From: Thermoplasmata archaeon UBA61
GTDB lineage: Archaea; Thermoplasmatota; Thermoplasmata; Lutacidiplasmatales; UBA184
DNA length: 64,000 nt
Reading direction: 5' to 3'
Assembly (NCBI GenBank): GCA_002503985.1
Contig: DASW01000009.1
Coordinates: 68,995 to 132,994 of the forward strand
Under the pieces are notes generated by a model. The model saw nothing but the letters and a program-made list of their open reading frames with translations, was not told the origin of the DNA and ran no database searches. Positions within the stretch are counted from its first letter, which is position 1. Every line of letters starts with the position of its first letter. A program made the position numbers and the translations under genes. This document shows positions 28,984 through 38,369 of the stretch, one piece after another.

Positions 28984-31294
28984 CGGGCCGGAGGGCGGGA
29001 AGGTTCCGGCGCTCGAGCTCGGCGACCCTGCGCCGGGCGCTCGAGAGGTCGCCGCGCGCATAGGAAAGTTGCGCGAGCCGAAGGACCACGTCGACCTCGT
29101 CCGCCGGCGCGTTCAGGTCCCGGACCAGACGGTACGCTTCGAGCAGGTTGGACTCTGCGAGGTCGAACTCGCCCCGGTCGATCGCGATCTTCCCGAGGAC
29201 GATGATCGACTGGATGAGGCCGAACCGGTCGCCGATCCGCTCGAGGATCTCCCGGGCCCGCTCGGCGCTCTCGACCGCTTCCTCGAACTGGCCCGCGTCG
29301 CGCATGATGTCCGCGGTGTTGAACAGGGCCCAGCCCATCCGGCGAGGGTCCTGCGCCTTCTCGGCGAGTCGGGTCGCTTCCGCGAACTCCGCGATCGCCT
29401 CCTCGTGGCGCGGGGTCGCGGACGGGATGCTCGTGATGAGGACCCCTAGGAACAGGTGCGCCTGGGCCGATTCCCGAGCGGGTCCGACCCGTTCGAGGGT
29501 GGCGGCGGCCTCGCGCGCCTCGGTGAGCGCTTGCTCGGACTGGGCCATCATCATGAGCACGCCGGCGTGCCGGGCCTGACCGAGCGCGGTCGCGCGGTCG
29601 TTGCCAGCCTCGCGCGCGAGGCGGATCTCCTCGGCGTGCTGGGCGAGAGCCTCCGGGTAGCGGGCCTCATAGAAGAACGCCTCGCCGAGCAGTCGGTGAG
29701 CCCCGAGCCGGACGAGCAGCTGGCCTTCGAGCCCCGAGGAGGAGAGCACCTTCTCCGCGACCTCCGCCGCGGCACGCCAGTCCCCCCGGTCGCTCAGGAC
29801 ACGGGCGAGGTAGATCTCGAGGGTCGCGCGGGTGCGCGGGGAAAGTCGAAGGTCATCCTTTCCCCGGTCGAGGAAGTCCCGCAGGATCCCTTCGGCCTCC
29901 TGCAGACGACCGAGCTCGTTGGTCGTTCGCGCGAGCTCGAGCACGAGCTCCGACTCGGCGTCGCGGTCGTCCGGGTCCAGGTCGCGCTGGCTCTCGAGAG
30001 CGCGGGCGAGGTGGTCGCGGGCCACGTCGGGCGCGAACGCGCGGTCGGCGATCTCGGCCGCGATGCGGTTGTACTGGACCGATTTCTCGTCCACGCGGCC
30101 CAAGTAGAAGTGGCGCGCGAGCGCGTAGATCGTCGTCAGGTCCGCGCTCCCCATCGCCTCGAGGGCATCCCCGGCCCGTCGATGGAGGAGGCGACGTCGG
30201 CTCTCGGTGAGGCGGCTGTACGCCTCCTCTCGCAGCCGGTCCTCGGGGAACGCGAGGAGCTCTCCCGGTCGCTCGTAGAGGAGCCCCTGGCCGACCAAAC
30301 GGTCGACGGCTTCCGCGAGACGCTCCTCGTCCTCGCCGCTCGCGCGCAGGAGGATGCCGAACGCGAACTCGGGCCCCAGCACGGCGGCGACATCCAGGGT
30401 GCGATGGGCCTCCTCGTCGAGGGGCGGGAGGGCAGCCTCCGTCCGGCCCGGGGCCTCGGAGACCGAGATGCGACGATCGAACTGCTGGAGGAGAAGCGGG
30501 TTCCCGCCGGTCTCGGAGTAGCGGCGCGCGATCTCCTCGGGAGTGTACTCGCGGGAGGGGTCGTTCATCCGGAGGTAGTCGGCGACCTCTCCCGACGTCA
30601 TCGGGCGGAGGACGATCCGTCGGGCGTGGGTAGCGCTCTCGAAACCCTCGAGCCGCGCACGCCCAGATTCCGATAGGGACGCGTACGGACGGCTGGTCGC
30701 CAGGATCCAAAGGGGTCGGTTCCTAAGCTGGTTCGCCAGAAATTCGATCGCAGCGAGCGACGACTCGTCCGCGCGATGGAGGTCCTCGAAGATCAGGACC
30801 ATGGGACCGTGGCGGGTGAACTCGAGGAACTGCTCGGCGATCCCGGTCCATACCCGCTCGCGGGAGGATTCCCCGCGCTCGTCGGTCTCGCCGAGGACCT
30901 CGAGCAGCCGCTCTTCCATGCCGGTGGGTGCCGGGTAGGCCGGCTCGCCGAGCCGGGGAGCGAAGCCGATCAGGAACTGGTCCGCGCCGAGCGGCGGCGC
31001 GTCGGCCGGCTGGAACGTCGGGTCGTCGTGCGCGCTCTGGATAACGGAGCGGATCAGCGAGAACGGAGGCGGGTCATCGAGCGCGAGGGCCCGACCGAGG
31101 AGCACGCGGACCCCGCGGGCCCGGATGTCCTGGACGAGCTCGGCGACGAGGGCCGACTTCCCGACCCCCGTCCCACCCACGAGGAGCGTCACTCCTCCTG
31201 TGCCCGCGCGCGCGTCCTCGAACCGACGGTGAAGGGCTTCGACCGTCTCCACCCGGCCGACGAACGGGCGAGCGGACCCGGCTTCGGCCGCCAT
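28913..31294 (-). CDS. STAND-type P-loop NTPase (AAA_16-like) with C-terminal TPR repeats
   Basis: 793 aa. FVGRVETVEALHRRFEDARAGTGGVTLLVGGTGVGKSALV (Walker A) and MVLIFEDLHRADESS (Walker B), then about 450 aa of TPR-like helical repeats. I recognise no DNA-binding or effector domain. Confidence 0.7.
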   Translation of the reverse strand: MAAEAGSARPFVGRVETVEALHRRFEDARAGTGGVTLLVGGTGVGKSALVAELVQDIRARGVRVLLGRALALDDPPPFSLIRSVIQSAHDDPTFQPADAPPLGADQFLIGFAPRLGEPAYPAPTGMEERLLEVLGETDERGESSRERVWTGIAEQFLEFTRHGPMVLIFEDLHRADESSLAAIEFLANQLRNRPLWILATSRPYASLSESGRARLEGFESATHARRIVLRPMTSGEVADYLRMNDPSREYTPEEIARRYSETGGNPLLLQQFDRRISVSEAPGRTEAALPPLDEEAHRTLDVAAVLGPEFAFGILLRASGEDEERLAEAVDRLVGQGLLYERPGELLAFPEDRLREEAYSRLTESRRRLLHRRAGDALEAMGSADLTTIYALARHFYLGRVDEKSVQYNRIAAEIADRAFAPDVARDHLARALESQRDLDPDDRDAESELVLELARTTNELGRLQEAEGILRDFLDRGKDDLRLSPRTRATLEIYLARVLSDRGDWRAAAEVAEKVLSSSGLEGQLLVRLGAHRLLGEAFFYEARYPEALAQHAEEIRLAREAGNDRATALGQARHAGVLMMMAQSEQALTEAREAAATLERVGPARESAQAHLFLGVLITSIPSATPRHEEAIAEFAEATRLAEKAQDPRRMGWALFNTADIMRDAGQFEEAVESAERAREILERIGDRFGLIQSIIVLGKIAIDRGEFDLAESNLLEAYRLVRDLNAPADEVDVVLRLAQLSYARGDLSSARRRVAELERRNLPALRPDVTEDFDRLRNALVAREGDADVP

Positions 31295-31328
31295 CGTTCC
31301 GTCCGAGTAGATGGGGTGGACTGAGTAT

Positions 31329-32507
31329 TTACGTACGCGGCCGAGCGGCCTTGAGGAACGGAAGCGCCACGACCCGGCCGGCGACCTCGCGGCCTCGGAT
31401 TTCGAGGGTCAGCGCCGTTCCGGGCGGGGCGAGCTCGGGCGGGAGGTACGCGAGGGCGATCCCCTTTCCCAGCGTCGGAGAGAGGCCGCCGCTCGTCGCC
31501 TCGGTCACGGGCTTGCCGGCCGCCGTGATCGGGGTGCCGTGGCGCGGGATCGCGTCCGCCTCGGCGACCTCGATCCCGACGAGCCGACGCTTCGGGCCCT
31601 CGGCGCGTTCCTTCTCGAGCGTTGGGCTCCCGACGAACACATGGTCGAAGTCGACGAACCGTTCCTGACCGGCCTCGAGCGGGGTATGGTCCCGGTGGAA
31701 CTCCTGCCCCGAGAGGAGGTACCCTTTCTCGAGGCGAAGGGTGTCCCGCGCCCCCAGGCCGCATGGCACGACACCGGCAGCGAAGAGACGCTCGGCGAGC
31801 GCGTCCGCCTCTTTCGCGGGAACGAAGACCTCGTAGCCAAGTTCCCCGGTGTAGCCGGTCCGGCTCACGAGTAGCCACTCCTCGAGCGCGCCCGGTACGT
31901 GAAGCCCAAGACGGCCGGAGCGGGGCTTGGTGCCGTCCTTCTTTGGGAAGAAACGCACATGGTAGAACGGAAGTCCCGAGAGGTCCCAGGGGAACAGCGA
32001 CTCGAGGACCGCGCGCGACTTGGGCCCCTGGACCGCGAGCAGGGCCACCGGTCCGTTCCACCGGCCGATCGTCGTGTCGGGACCGCGGTGCTGGCGCAGG
32101 ATCTCCTCGATCTCGTCGGCGCGGCTCGCGTTCGGAACGACCATGAACGAGCGGGTCAACTCATCGCCGGAGTCGAGGCGGCTGACGAGCAGGTCGTCGA
32201 CGATATAGCCCGTCGCCTCGAGCAGGAACGTGTAGCGAACCTGCTCGGGAGTCAAGGACGGGACATTCGCGGTTGTACGTCGACCGAGCAGGTCCGCGGC
32301 GTGCGCTCCCTCGACCGTGAGGAGGCCCATGTGGGAGACGTCGAAGACCCCGACCCCCTCCCGGACCGCGCGGTGCTCGGCGAGGATGCTGGTGTAGTAG
32401 AGCGGCATCTCCCAGCCCGCGAACGGGACGATGTGGCCCCCGTGCCGTAGGTGGAAATCGTAGAGAGCCGTGCGACGGAGCGGGGTTTCGGACTTCGGGT
32501 CGGTCAT
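31329..32507 (-). CDS. gcvT: glycine cleavage system aminomethyltransferase (T protein)
   Basis: 392 aa: LRRTALYDFHLRHGGHIVPFAGWEMPLYYTSILAEHRAVREGVGVFDVSHMG... Confidence 0.9.
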   Translation of the reverse strand: MTDPKSETPLRRTALYDFHLRHGGHIVPFAGWEMPLYYTSILAEHRAVREGVGVFDVSHMGLLTVEGAHAADLLGRRTTANVPSLTPEQVRYTFLLEATGYIVDDLLVSRLDSGDELTRSFMVVPNASRADEIEEILRQHRGPDTTIGRWNGPVALLAVQGPKSRAVLESLFPWDLSGLPFYHVRFFPKKDGTKPRSGRLGLHVPGALEEWLLVSRTGYTGELGYEVFVPAKEADALAERLFAAGVVPCGLGARDTLRLEKGYLLSGQEFHRDHTPLEAGQERFVDFDHVFVGSPTLEKERAEGPKRRLVGIEVAEADAIPRHGTPITAAGKPVTEATSGGLSPTLGKGIALAYLPPELAPPGTALTLEIRGREVAGRVVALPFLKAARPRT

Positions 32508-33661
32508 GTAACGATCTCCGCGAGCCGCCCTTGCTCGGAGGCGTTCCGGATCTCAAGGGCGACCCGACGGCCGCTGCTCATCGCGGTCCGGTACAGCGCG
32601 TTCCCGTACGGATGTCCGAGCGCAAGGTGGACATTGGTCCCGCCGCCGATCCGGGCCGCGACGTCGAAGACCGTCGGCCGCCCGTTGCGGTCGATGCAGG
32701 TCTGAAGGCAGAACGGTCCGATGATACCCGGGGGGTACTGGGCGCGCGCCGCATCGACGAACTTCTCGCCCATGCGGAACACGTCCTCGAGGATCGATTC
32801 CCGAACCGTCAGCGTCCCGTGGCCCACGACCGTGTACTCGGGGATCCGGTCGGAGTCGTTGAGCTCGAGCTGCTGCGCGGCCGGAAGGCGGACGAGCCCG
32901 TCGAGGTTGCTTTCCCGTCGTTCGTCCACTCCGAGCAGCTCGAGCCCCTCCTCGCGCGGGACGAGCGGAGAGAAGAAGTAATTGAAGTTGAACACCGGAC
33001 CGAGGACGTATTCCTCGATGCGCGCGGTCGCGAGGTCGTCCGGGGCAATCGTGCCTCGCGCCACCAACCGTTCGACCTTCGCGCGGTACGCCTCCGGGCT
33101 CGCGACAGTGAAGAACCCGCGCTCGAGCCGGCGGGTCGCATGGGGCAGTTTCACGATCGCGAGGCGGTCGATCGCGTCGGGACCCGGGATGCGGCGGGGG
33201 GTGGATATCCCGGCTCGCTCGAGGAGCGTGTAGTAGTTCTCGCGTTCGCTCCGTTCCTCGATCCTCAACATCATGCGCGACCCCACGATCGGGACCCGGA
33301 GGTCGTCCTCGATCGCGGAGAGGGGAACGTAGGAGCTGAGCGCCCGATTCGGGACGAGCACGACGCCCGCCGCGCGGAGACGCTCCTGGGCCGCGGGAGA
33401 CACGATGTCGGCGAACTTCGAGAACGTCCAGACGTCGTCCACGCACCCCCGCGTCCGCGTGCCGTCCGGGGCCCGCACCGACCGGAAGTAGCGGGTGTAC
33501 GTCGCGTCCCGACCGGCTTGCGCGAGGATCAGGCTCGAAAGACCTTCGGTGACCGCTCCGTCGGCGACGTCGAGCGCCGAGTGAGAACCGACCGTCCCGA
33601 CCACCGGCGGGGAGGGGTACTGGGCGACGAGCGCCCGGACTTCCGTGAGGGAGAGCGGCAT
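32504..33661 (-). CDS. purP: formate-dependent FAICAR synthetase (ATP-grasp)
   Basis: 385 aa: VGTVGSHSALDVADGA...EGL.SLIL......Y.RYF plus ATP-grasp C-terminal blocks. It overlaps gcvT by 4 nt. Confidence 0.85.
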   Translation of the reverse strand: MPLSLTEVRALVAQYPSPPVVGTVGSHSALDVADGAVTEGLSSLILAQAGRDATYTRYFRSVRAPDGTRTRGCVDDVWTFSKFADIVSPAAQERLRAAGVVLVPNRALSSYVPLSAIEDDLRVPIVGSRMMLRIEERSERENYYTLLERAGISTPRRIPGPDAIDRLAIVKLPHATRRLERGFFTVASPEAYRAKVERLVARGTIAPDDLATARIEEYVLGPVFNFNYFFSPLVPREEGLELLGVDERRESNLDGLVRLPAAQQLELNDSDRIPEYTVVGHGTLTVRESILEDVFRMGEKFVDAARAQYPPGIIGPFCLQTCIDRNGRPTVFDVAARIGGGTNVHLALGHPYGNALYRTAMSSGRRVALEIRNASEQGRLAEIVT

Positions 33662-33888
33662 GTCGGAGGGGACGGCCTGAGAGGCTTAAGCGCTCGCGCC
33701 ACCCGCTCCGGCGCGTACGGAGGCCCGGGGTCGTTGGGTCCTGTCGCGTCGGACGGGAACGGAGCGCCGACGGGGAACGACGGAGTCCTCGCGGAGGAGC
33801 CGAACGCGGAGTCCGTGGTTTCACACCGCGGGCGGGGCAACTCACGCCTTCTTTTTTATCTGATGAGCGGTTTTGGCAACCGGACCGC

Positions 33889-34410
33889 ATGCCATTCGAA
33901 CTCGCGTTGCGTTACAGCACTCCCCTCACCCCGATCGTCGATCTGGACGAGGTGCTGCGGGAGTTCCTTCGACTCGTCGGCTACCTACCCGAAGGGGAGG
34001 AGGGACGCGGGTCCGAGGGACCGGTCGCGCAGAGCCTCGCCTACCGGCTCGTCCGCGACTGCCTCCTCAAGGACCCGGCGAGAGCGTGGTACGTCGACGA
34101 GCTGACGGCGGTGCTCAAGACGTCCAAGCCCACGGTCTACCGGCATGTCAACAAGCTCAAGGCACTCGACCTGCTGGAGGAAGTGGGAGGGGCCACCGAC
34201 GGGAAGGGCCGAAAAGGGTACCGGCTCCGCTACGGCAACCTGGCCCGCGCCTGGGACTTCACGGAGGCCAACGCGCAGAACGCCCTCCGTCGATATCGGG
34301 AGACCGTGAATCACTTGCAGACCTTGGTCGAGAAAAGAGCGCTCGAGATCCCGCCGAAGGCCGCCCCCTTGTCCCGGAGCCCGGGTCGGGAACGCGGAGG
34401 GAGCCGATGA
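33889..34410 (+). CDS. winged-helix (ArsR/TrmB-like) transcriptional regulator
   Basis: 173 aa: YVDELTAVLKTSKPTVYRHVNKLKALDLLEEV...GYRLRY is an HTH plus wing. Confidence 0.6.
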   Translation: MPFELALRYSTPLTPIVDLDEVLREFLRLVGYLPEGEEGRGSEGPVAQSLAYRLVRDCLLKDPARAWYVDELTAVLKTSKPTVYRHVNKLKALDLLEEVGGATDGKGRKGYRLRYGNLARAWDFTEANAQNALRRYRETVNHLQTLVEKRALEIPPKAAPLSRSPGRERGGSR

Positions 34411-34712
34411 GCGAGCCGACCAGCGCGGCGAAGCGACCGACGATCGCCCTCACGTCGGGTTCGAAGGTCACGGTCCGGTCCGCCGGCACCGAGAACGAAG
34501 CTATCGTCTCGACCGGCACGTTCCGAGGGCTCGTGTCGATCGGCGGCGACAACGCCCTCGCGATCGAGCTTGACGGGTCGGGCGGGGCCGAGAAGGGGCG
34601 GGTCCGCCTCGTGCCGATCCCGGCGATCCTCGCGGTCGACATCCTCGAGGCCGTCAAGGCCGACGAGGAGAAGCGGAGCGAGCCTCCGCAATCCCCGGCG
34701 TACTTCGGCTAG
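34407..34712 (+). CDS. hypothetical protein (101 aa)
   Basis: Frame of ORF 33873..34712. The ATG at 34407 forms an ATGA overlap with the upstream regulator. No family recognised. Confidence 0.45.
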   Translation: MSEPTSAAKRPTIALTSGSKVTVRSAGTENEAIVSTGTFRGLVSIGGDNALAIELDGSGGAEKGRVRLVPIPAILAVDILEAVKADEEKRSEPPQSPAYFG

Positions 34713-34732
34713 TCCGCACCGGAAGCGGGGGA

Positions 34733-34833
34733 CGGGCTTGCTGGGAGTTCCGTCGCGGCACTGCTCCGCGATTTCGAACCCAGGTCGCTGGCTTCGAAGG
34801 CCAGCAGGATAGTCCAGGCTACCCCACAAGCCC
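34733..34833 (-). tRNA. tRNA-Arg (anticodon UCG, 34795-34797) with a 26-nt insertion/intron in the T-loop (about 34747-34772)
   Basis: Reverse strand: GGGCTTG TG GGGT AGCCTGGACT ATCC TG CTGGC CTTCGAA GCCAG CGAC CTGGG TTCGAA [ATCGCGGAGCAGTGCCGCGACGGAAC] T CCCAG CAAGCCC G. The acceptor (7/7), anticodon (5/5) and T (5/5) stems are perfect once the bracketed 26 nt are removed. Confidence 0.75.
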
Positions 34834-34856
34834 GCCGTCCTTCCACGGGACGTCGG

Positions 34857-37800
34857 CTATTTGGACGTTCCGGACTCCCCGTCCCCGGCGCTTGCGGGGG
34901 CCGGCGAACCGAGAACCGACGGGCCGTCCTCGCCGGCGGACGGGGCCGCGGGCTCCGGGCGGAATCGGTCGAGCGTCGTCTGGGCGATGGCCCCGGGGAA
35001 GAGCGTCGCGACCGAGTCGGCGATGAGTTGGATGCGCTGCCGAACGTACGGGGTGATCCCCTCCATGGCTCCGAGACGCTGCGCGAGAGGGAGGTACTTG
35101 CGCACCGACGCTTCGTAAACGGTCGAGAGGAGCTCTCCGTCGCACCGACTCCCGGCGCGCTCCGCGACGCAGCGGCCCGAGAGCGGGGGCCGCCGGTAGG
35201 AGGTGTCGCACGCCTTGCACCGGAACTTCTGCGTCCCGAAGCTCCGCAGGTTCCCCATCACATCGGGAAGAAAGTGGGCATTGAGCACGAGCGTGACGGC
35301 CTCGGCTAGGTCGACGGCCCGGATCTGCGACGCCAGCACGATCGACCGCTCGACCAGCTCGGCCATCGGCCGACCTTCGCGATACGCGGAACGAGGCGGT
35401 CCGCCCGCGATGCGGTGGGTGTCGTGGCTGAACCCGTACCCCGATAGCGAACGGTCGGAGCCGAGGCGATGACCGACGAGGTCGAGGAGCGCCTCGACCT
35501 CCTTGGGGTCCCGTCGCTCCGCCGCCGCTCGGTAGAACGCGAGCGGGTAGTGGCTCGAGACGTCGACGTTGTGGGCTTCCTTGTCGACCTCCGTGGCCTC
35601 GAGGCGGGTCGTCAGAACGAGCGGCTTGTCCATGAGCGCGCCCCGACTATCGGGTAGGTAGGACCTCGAGAAGTTGAGGAGCGCATCGAGGAGGAGCGTC
35701 ACCGAGTCCTCGTCGCCGTCACAGTTCCGACGCTTGGCGGCGTGGAAGACGGGATGCGCGAAGCACGCCTCCGCGTTCGTGAAGCCGAGCAGCCGGCCCG
35801 CGACCCCGCCCGAGGTGTGGGGCGCGAGTGCGACGACGACGTGCCCGATGAGCTGCTCCGGCCGCTCGGCCCGGTAGTACGGTTCGACGTCGTAGAGACG
35901 GACCAGCTCGTCGTCCACGAACTGGGCGAGACGGGTGAGGTACACCCCGCACGAACGAGAGACGATGAGGTCCTGGGGAAGGAGCTCCACCAACTGCTCG
36001 TCGTCGGTGAGCGGCGCGCCGGACCAGTCCCAGGTGTACCCCAGTCGTTGGAGGGTGGCGATGTCGGTGCCAATCTCGACCGGCCGGAAGTGCGTGAGCG
36101 GGAGGTCGGTGAGGTCGAAGCGGGCGGTCCCGTCCTGGTAGACGGAGATGGCGTGGGAGGCGCGAAGGATCCCCTTCTCGATCGCCTCGGGCACCTTTCC
36201 CGGGGACGTGAGCCCCTTGACCCCCTTCACCACCGGGGGTTTGCCCAGATGAAGACGCTCGAGCGCATCGCTCCAGAGGCGGGCGACCGGCAGGGGCTCC
36301 GAGATCGTCTTACCGGTGGGCTCGGTATGGGCCCCGCACGGGCACCGGGTCCATACGGTCGAGCGGCCGCACGCCGGGCAGCTGCGGACCCCGAGGTCGA
36401 CCTTCACGCCTTCGCGCATCGTTCGGCGCGCCGCATCGGGGATCGAGCGGGTAGGGCCTCCCGCGGCGCCCACGGGGAAGAGCCCGTGGACGTTCGGCTG
36501 CATGCTCCGGTGGTAGGCTTTCTCCGGACGGCCGACGCGCCCGCCGACCCTAGACGGCCCACGCGCCCGGACCGGGACGCCCGCGAGATGGCTCACGTAC
36601 GTGAGCGTGTCCTCGTCGACCGGGTCGAGCGGCGTGCGACGGGCCAATAGCTCCCCTTCGGGTGCGAGACCGAGACCCCCGACGAGCGCGGCGGACGCGT
36701 CCGGTTCCCCGCGCAGGTCGTCCCCTCCCACGGGGGAGAAGAGGAACCCGAGCCGTACGAGGGCCTCCCGCCACAAGGGGTCGGCGGGTATCACGAGCGT
36801 CCCATCGACCCAATGTCCGCTGCGCTCGACGAACTCCCCGAGCGCCCGCACTTCGGCCGGCGTGAGGTCGTGCCAGAAGAGGAGCCAGCGAGGGTGGAGC
36901 GGGACCCGGTACGTCTGGGAGACCCGAACGGCGTCCTCGTACGTGGTGACGCCCAACCCTTCGGCGTCCGTGGCTCCCACCGCACGGAGCTCTTCGAGGT
37001 GCCAATCGAGCGAGTAGCCCGCCGGGACGAGCGGCCGGTTGTTCTCGAGGAACTCTCCGAACGAGACGAGGATCTCACCGAGGTCGATGATACGCCGGAC
37101 CCTCGACCGCAGCTCCTCCGCCCGCGCGAGGTCGTGGACGGCGGTGACGGTGCCATCGTCCAGCTCTACGATGGGACCCTCGATGGTGTCACAGACCGCC
37201 ATCGCCGTCGCCTTTCCGGGGTACTCGAGCTTGACCTGGGTCCCGATCGCGATGAAGTTCTGGAGGATCGACATCGTCGCCGGGTTGATCGCGCAGGAGG
37301 CGAGCCCCGTCGTGCGGGCCCGGCCGTAGACGAGGCGGAAGCCCCCGGGATGGTTCGGGTGCGCGAGGACGGGTCGGCCCCCAACCGAGTCCTGGAGGTA
37401 TTTCGGTGTCCGCGCCTCCTCCTCATCGCTCGTGTTGTGACCGACGTCCGCGAGGAACTCCCAACCGTCGAGCCCGAGCTTCTCCACGATCTTCCGGAGC
37501 TTCGCCGCCTTCTGACAGAGGCCTTCGGCGATGACCAGGCACGCCCCGCCGCGGATCCCGTTCGTGGGGACGCGGGGCAAGTTCCGGAACGCGCTGACCT
37601 CCGCGTCCCCTTCGGTCGCCTCCCCCGAGATCGCCACGGGAACATGGCGGACCACGAGGTCGATCTCCTCCGGGGTGGGAACGTACTGGAGGTGCTGGTG
37701 GTACTTGTACAGCGGAATCTCCTCCTTGTATCGCCCCACCTCGTCGGGCTCCGGATGGAAGGCAGCTAATCCCAGGTCCCGCCGGACGACGTCGGCGAGG

Positions 37801-38261
37801 AGCACGCTCAACGCTTGGGCGGTACCGCCCGCGGCTCGGATCGGGCCGGCGTAGTAGAGCTCGATGTACGGACCATGCTCGTTGTCCTCATGGATGTGGA
37901 CTTCGGCCAGCCCCTCGAGCGGAGCGACGAGGATCCCTTCGGTCAGGATCGCGAGACCCACCCGGAGAGCGGCGTCCACGCGGGCCGCCATCGATTCCCC
38001 CCGCGACGGGTCGCGCGCGATGCGACGGGCGATGGTCAGGGCGACCTCCTCGCGGGGCATGGTCGCCGAGAGCGCGCGGATCTCGGTCGAGATTCCTTCG
38101 ATCCCGAGATGGGAGAGGAGCTTCTCGACCCGCATCGCCATGTCCTGGGCGCGCGGGATCTCGGGAACGACTTCGGGGTCGTAGCCGGAGTGGCGGGCCT
38201 TCTCGGCGACCGCGTACGCGCGGTCGACCTCGGCCTCGACCGACAGAAAATACGACTCCAC
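34857..38261 (-). CDS. polC: DNA polymerase II (PolD) large subunit DP2
   Basis: 1134 aa. N-terminal MESYFLSVEAEVDRAYAVAEKAR...DPEVVPEIP, several zinc-binding Cys clusters (CPACGRSTVWTRCPCG; CKACDTSYRRPPLSGRC) and colinear DP2 blocks. No intein-sized insertion. Confidence 0.95.
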   Translation of the reverse strand: MESYFLSVEAEVDRAYAVAEKARHSGYDPEVVPEIPRAQDMAMRVEKLLSHLGIEGISTEIRALSATMPREEVALTIARRIARDPSRGESMAARVDAALRVGLAILTEGILVAPLEGLAEVHIHEDNEHGPYIELYYAGPIRAAGGTAQALSVLLADVVRRDLGLAAFHPEPDEVGRYKEEIPLYKYHQHLQYVPTPEEIDLVVRHVPVAISGEATEGDAEVSAFRNLPRVPTNGIRGGACLVIAEGLCQKAAKLRKIVEKLGLDGWEFLADVGHNTSDEEEARTPKYLQDSVGGRPVLAHPNHPGGFRLVYGRARTTGLASCAINPATMSILQNFIAIGTQVKLEYPGKATAMAVCDTIEGPIVELDDGTVTAVHDLARAEELRSRVRRIIDLGEILVSFGEFLENNRPLVPAGYSLDWHLEELRAVGATDAEGLGVTTYEDAVRVSQTYRVPLHPRWLLFWHDLTPAEVRALGEFVERSGHWVDGTLVIPADPLWREALVRLGFLFSPVGGDDLRGEPDASAALVGGLGLAPEGELLARRTPLDPVDEDTLTYVSHLAGVPVRARGPSRVGGRVGRPEKAYHRSMQPNVHGLFPVGAAGGPTRSIPDAARRTMREGVKVDLGVRSCPACGRSTVWTRCPCGAHTEPTGKTISEPLPVARLWSDALERLHLGKPPVVKGVKGLTSPGKVPEAIEKGILRASHAISVYQDGTARFDLTDLPLTHFRPVEIGTDIATLQRLGYTWDWSGAPLTDDEQLVELLPQDLIVSRSCGVYLTRLAQFVDDELVRLYDVEPYYRAERPEQLIGHVVVALAPHTSGGVAGRLLGFTNAEACFAHPVFHAAKRRNCDGDEDSVTLLLDALLNFSRSYLPDSRGALMDKPLVLTTRLEATEVDKEAHNVDVSSHYPLAFYRAAAERRDPKEVEALLDLVGHRLGSDRSLSGYGFSHDTHRIAGGPPRSAYREGRPMAELVERSIVLASQIRAVDLAEAVTLVLNAHFLPDVMGNLRSFGTQKFRCKACDTSYRRPPLSGRCVAERAGSRCDGELLSTVYEASVRKYLPLAQRLGAMEGITPYVRQRIQLIADSVATLFPGAIAQTTLDRFRPEPAAPSAGEDGPSVLGSPAPASAGDGESGTSK

Positions 38262-38369
38262 GAGCGTGCGAGAGAGTGCGCGGACATAAACCCGCGTGCT
38301 CCCGTCGCTCTTCCCCCTCGCGAGAAACGACGAAATGCGAGCGGTCGCGCGTCGGGTCCTAGGGGCCGC

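Noticed and set aside
33860-33870. C-box-like TGATGA upstream of the wHTH regulator gene, considered as a possible C/D box sRNA.
   Set aside because: No D or D' box (CTGA) lies at a suitable distance, and the sequence runs straight into the start codon at 33889.
3423-38261. Inteins in atpA, nrdJ, PolD large subunit or radA, which are common archaeal intein hosts.
   Set aside because: All four proteins have ordinary lengths (587, 931, 1134 and 332 aa). The conserved blocks are contiguous and there is no insertion.
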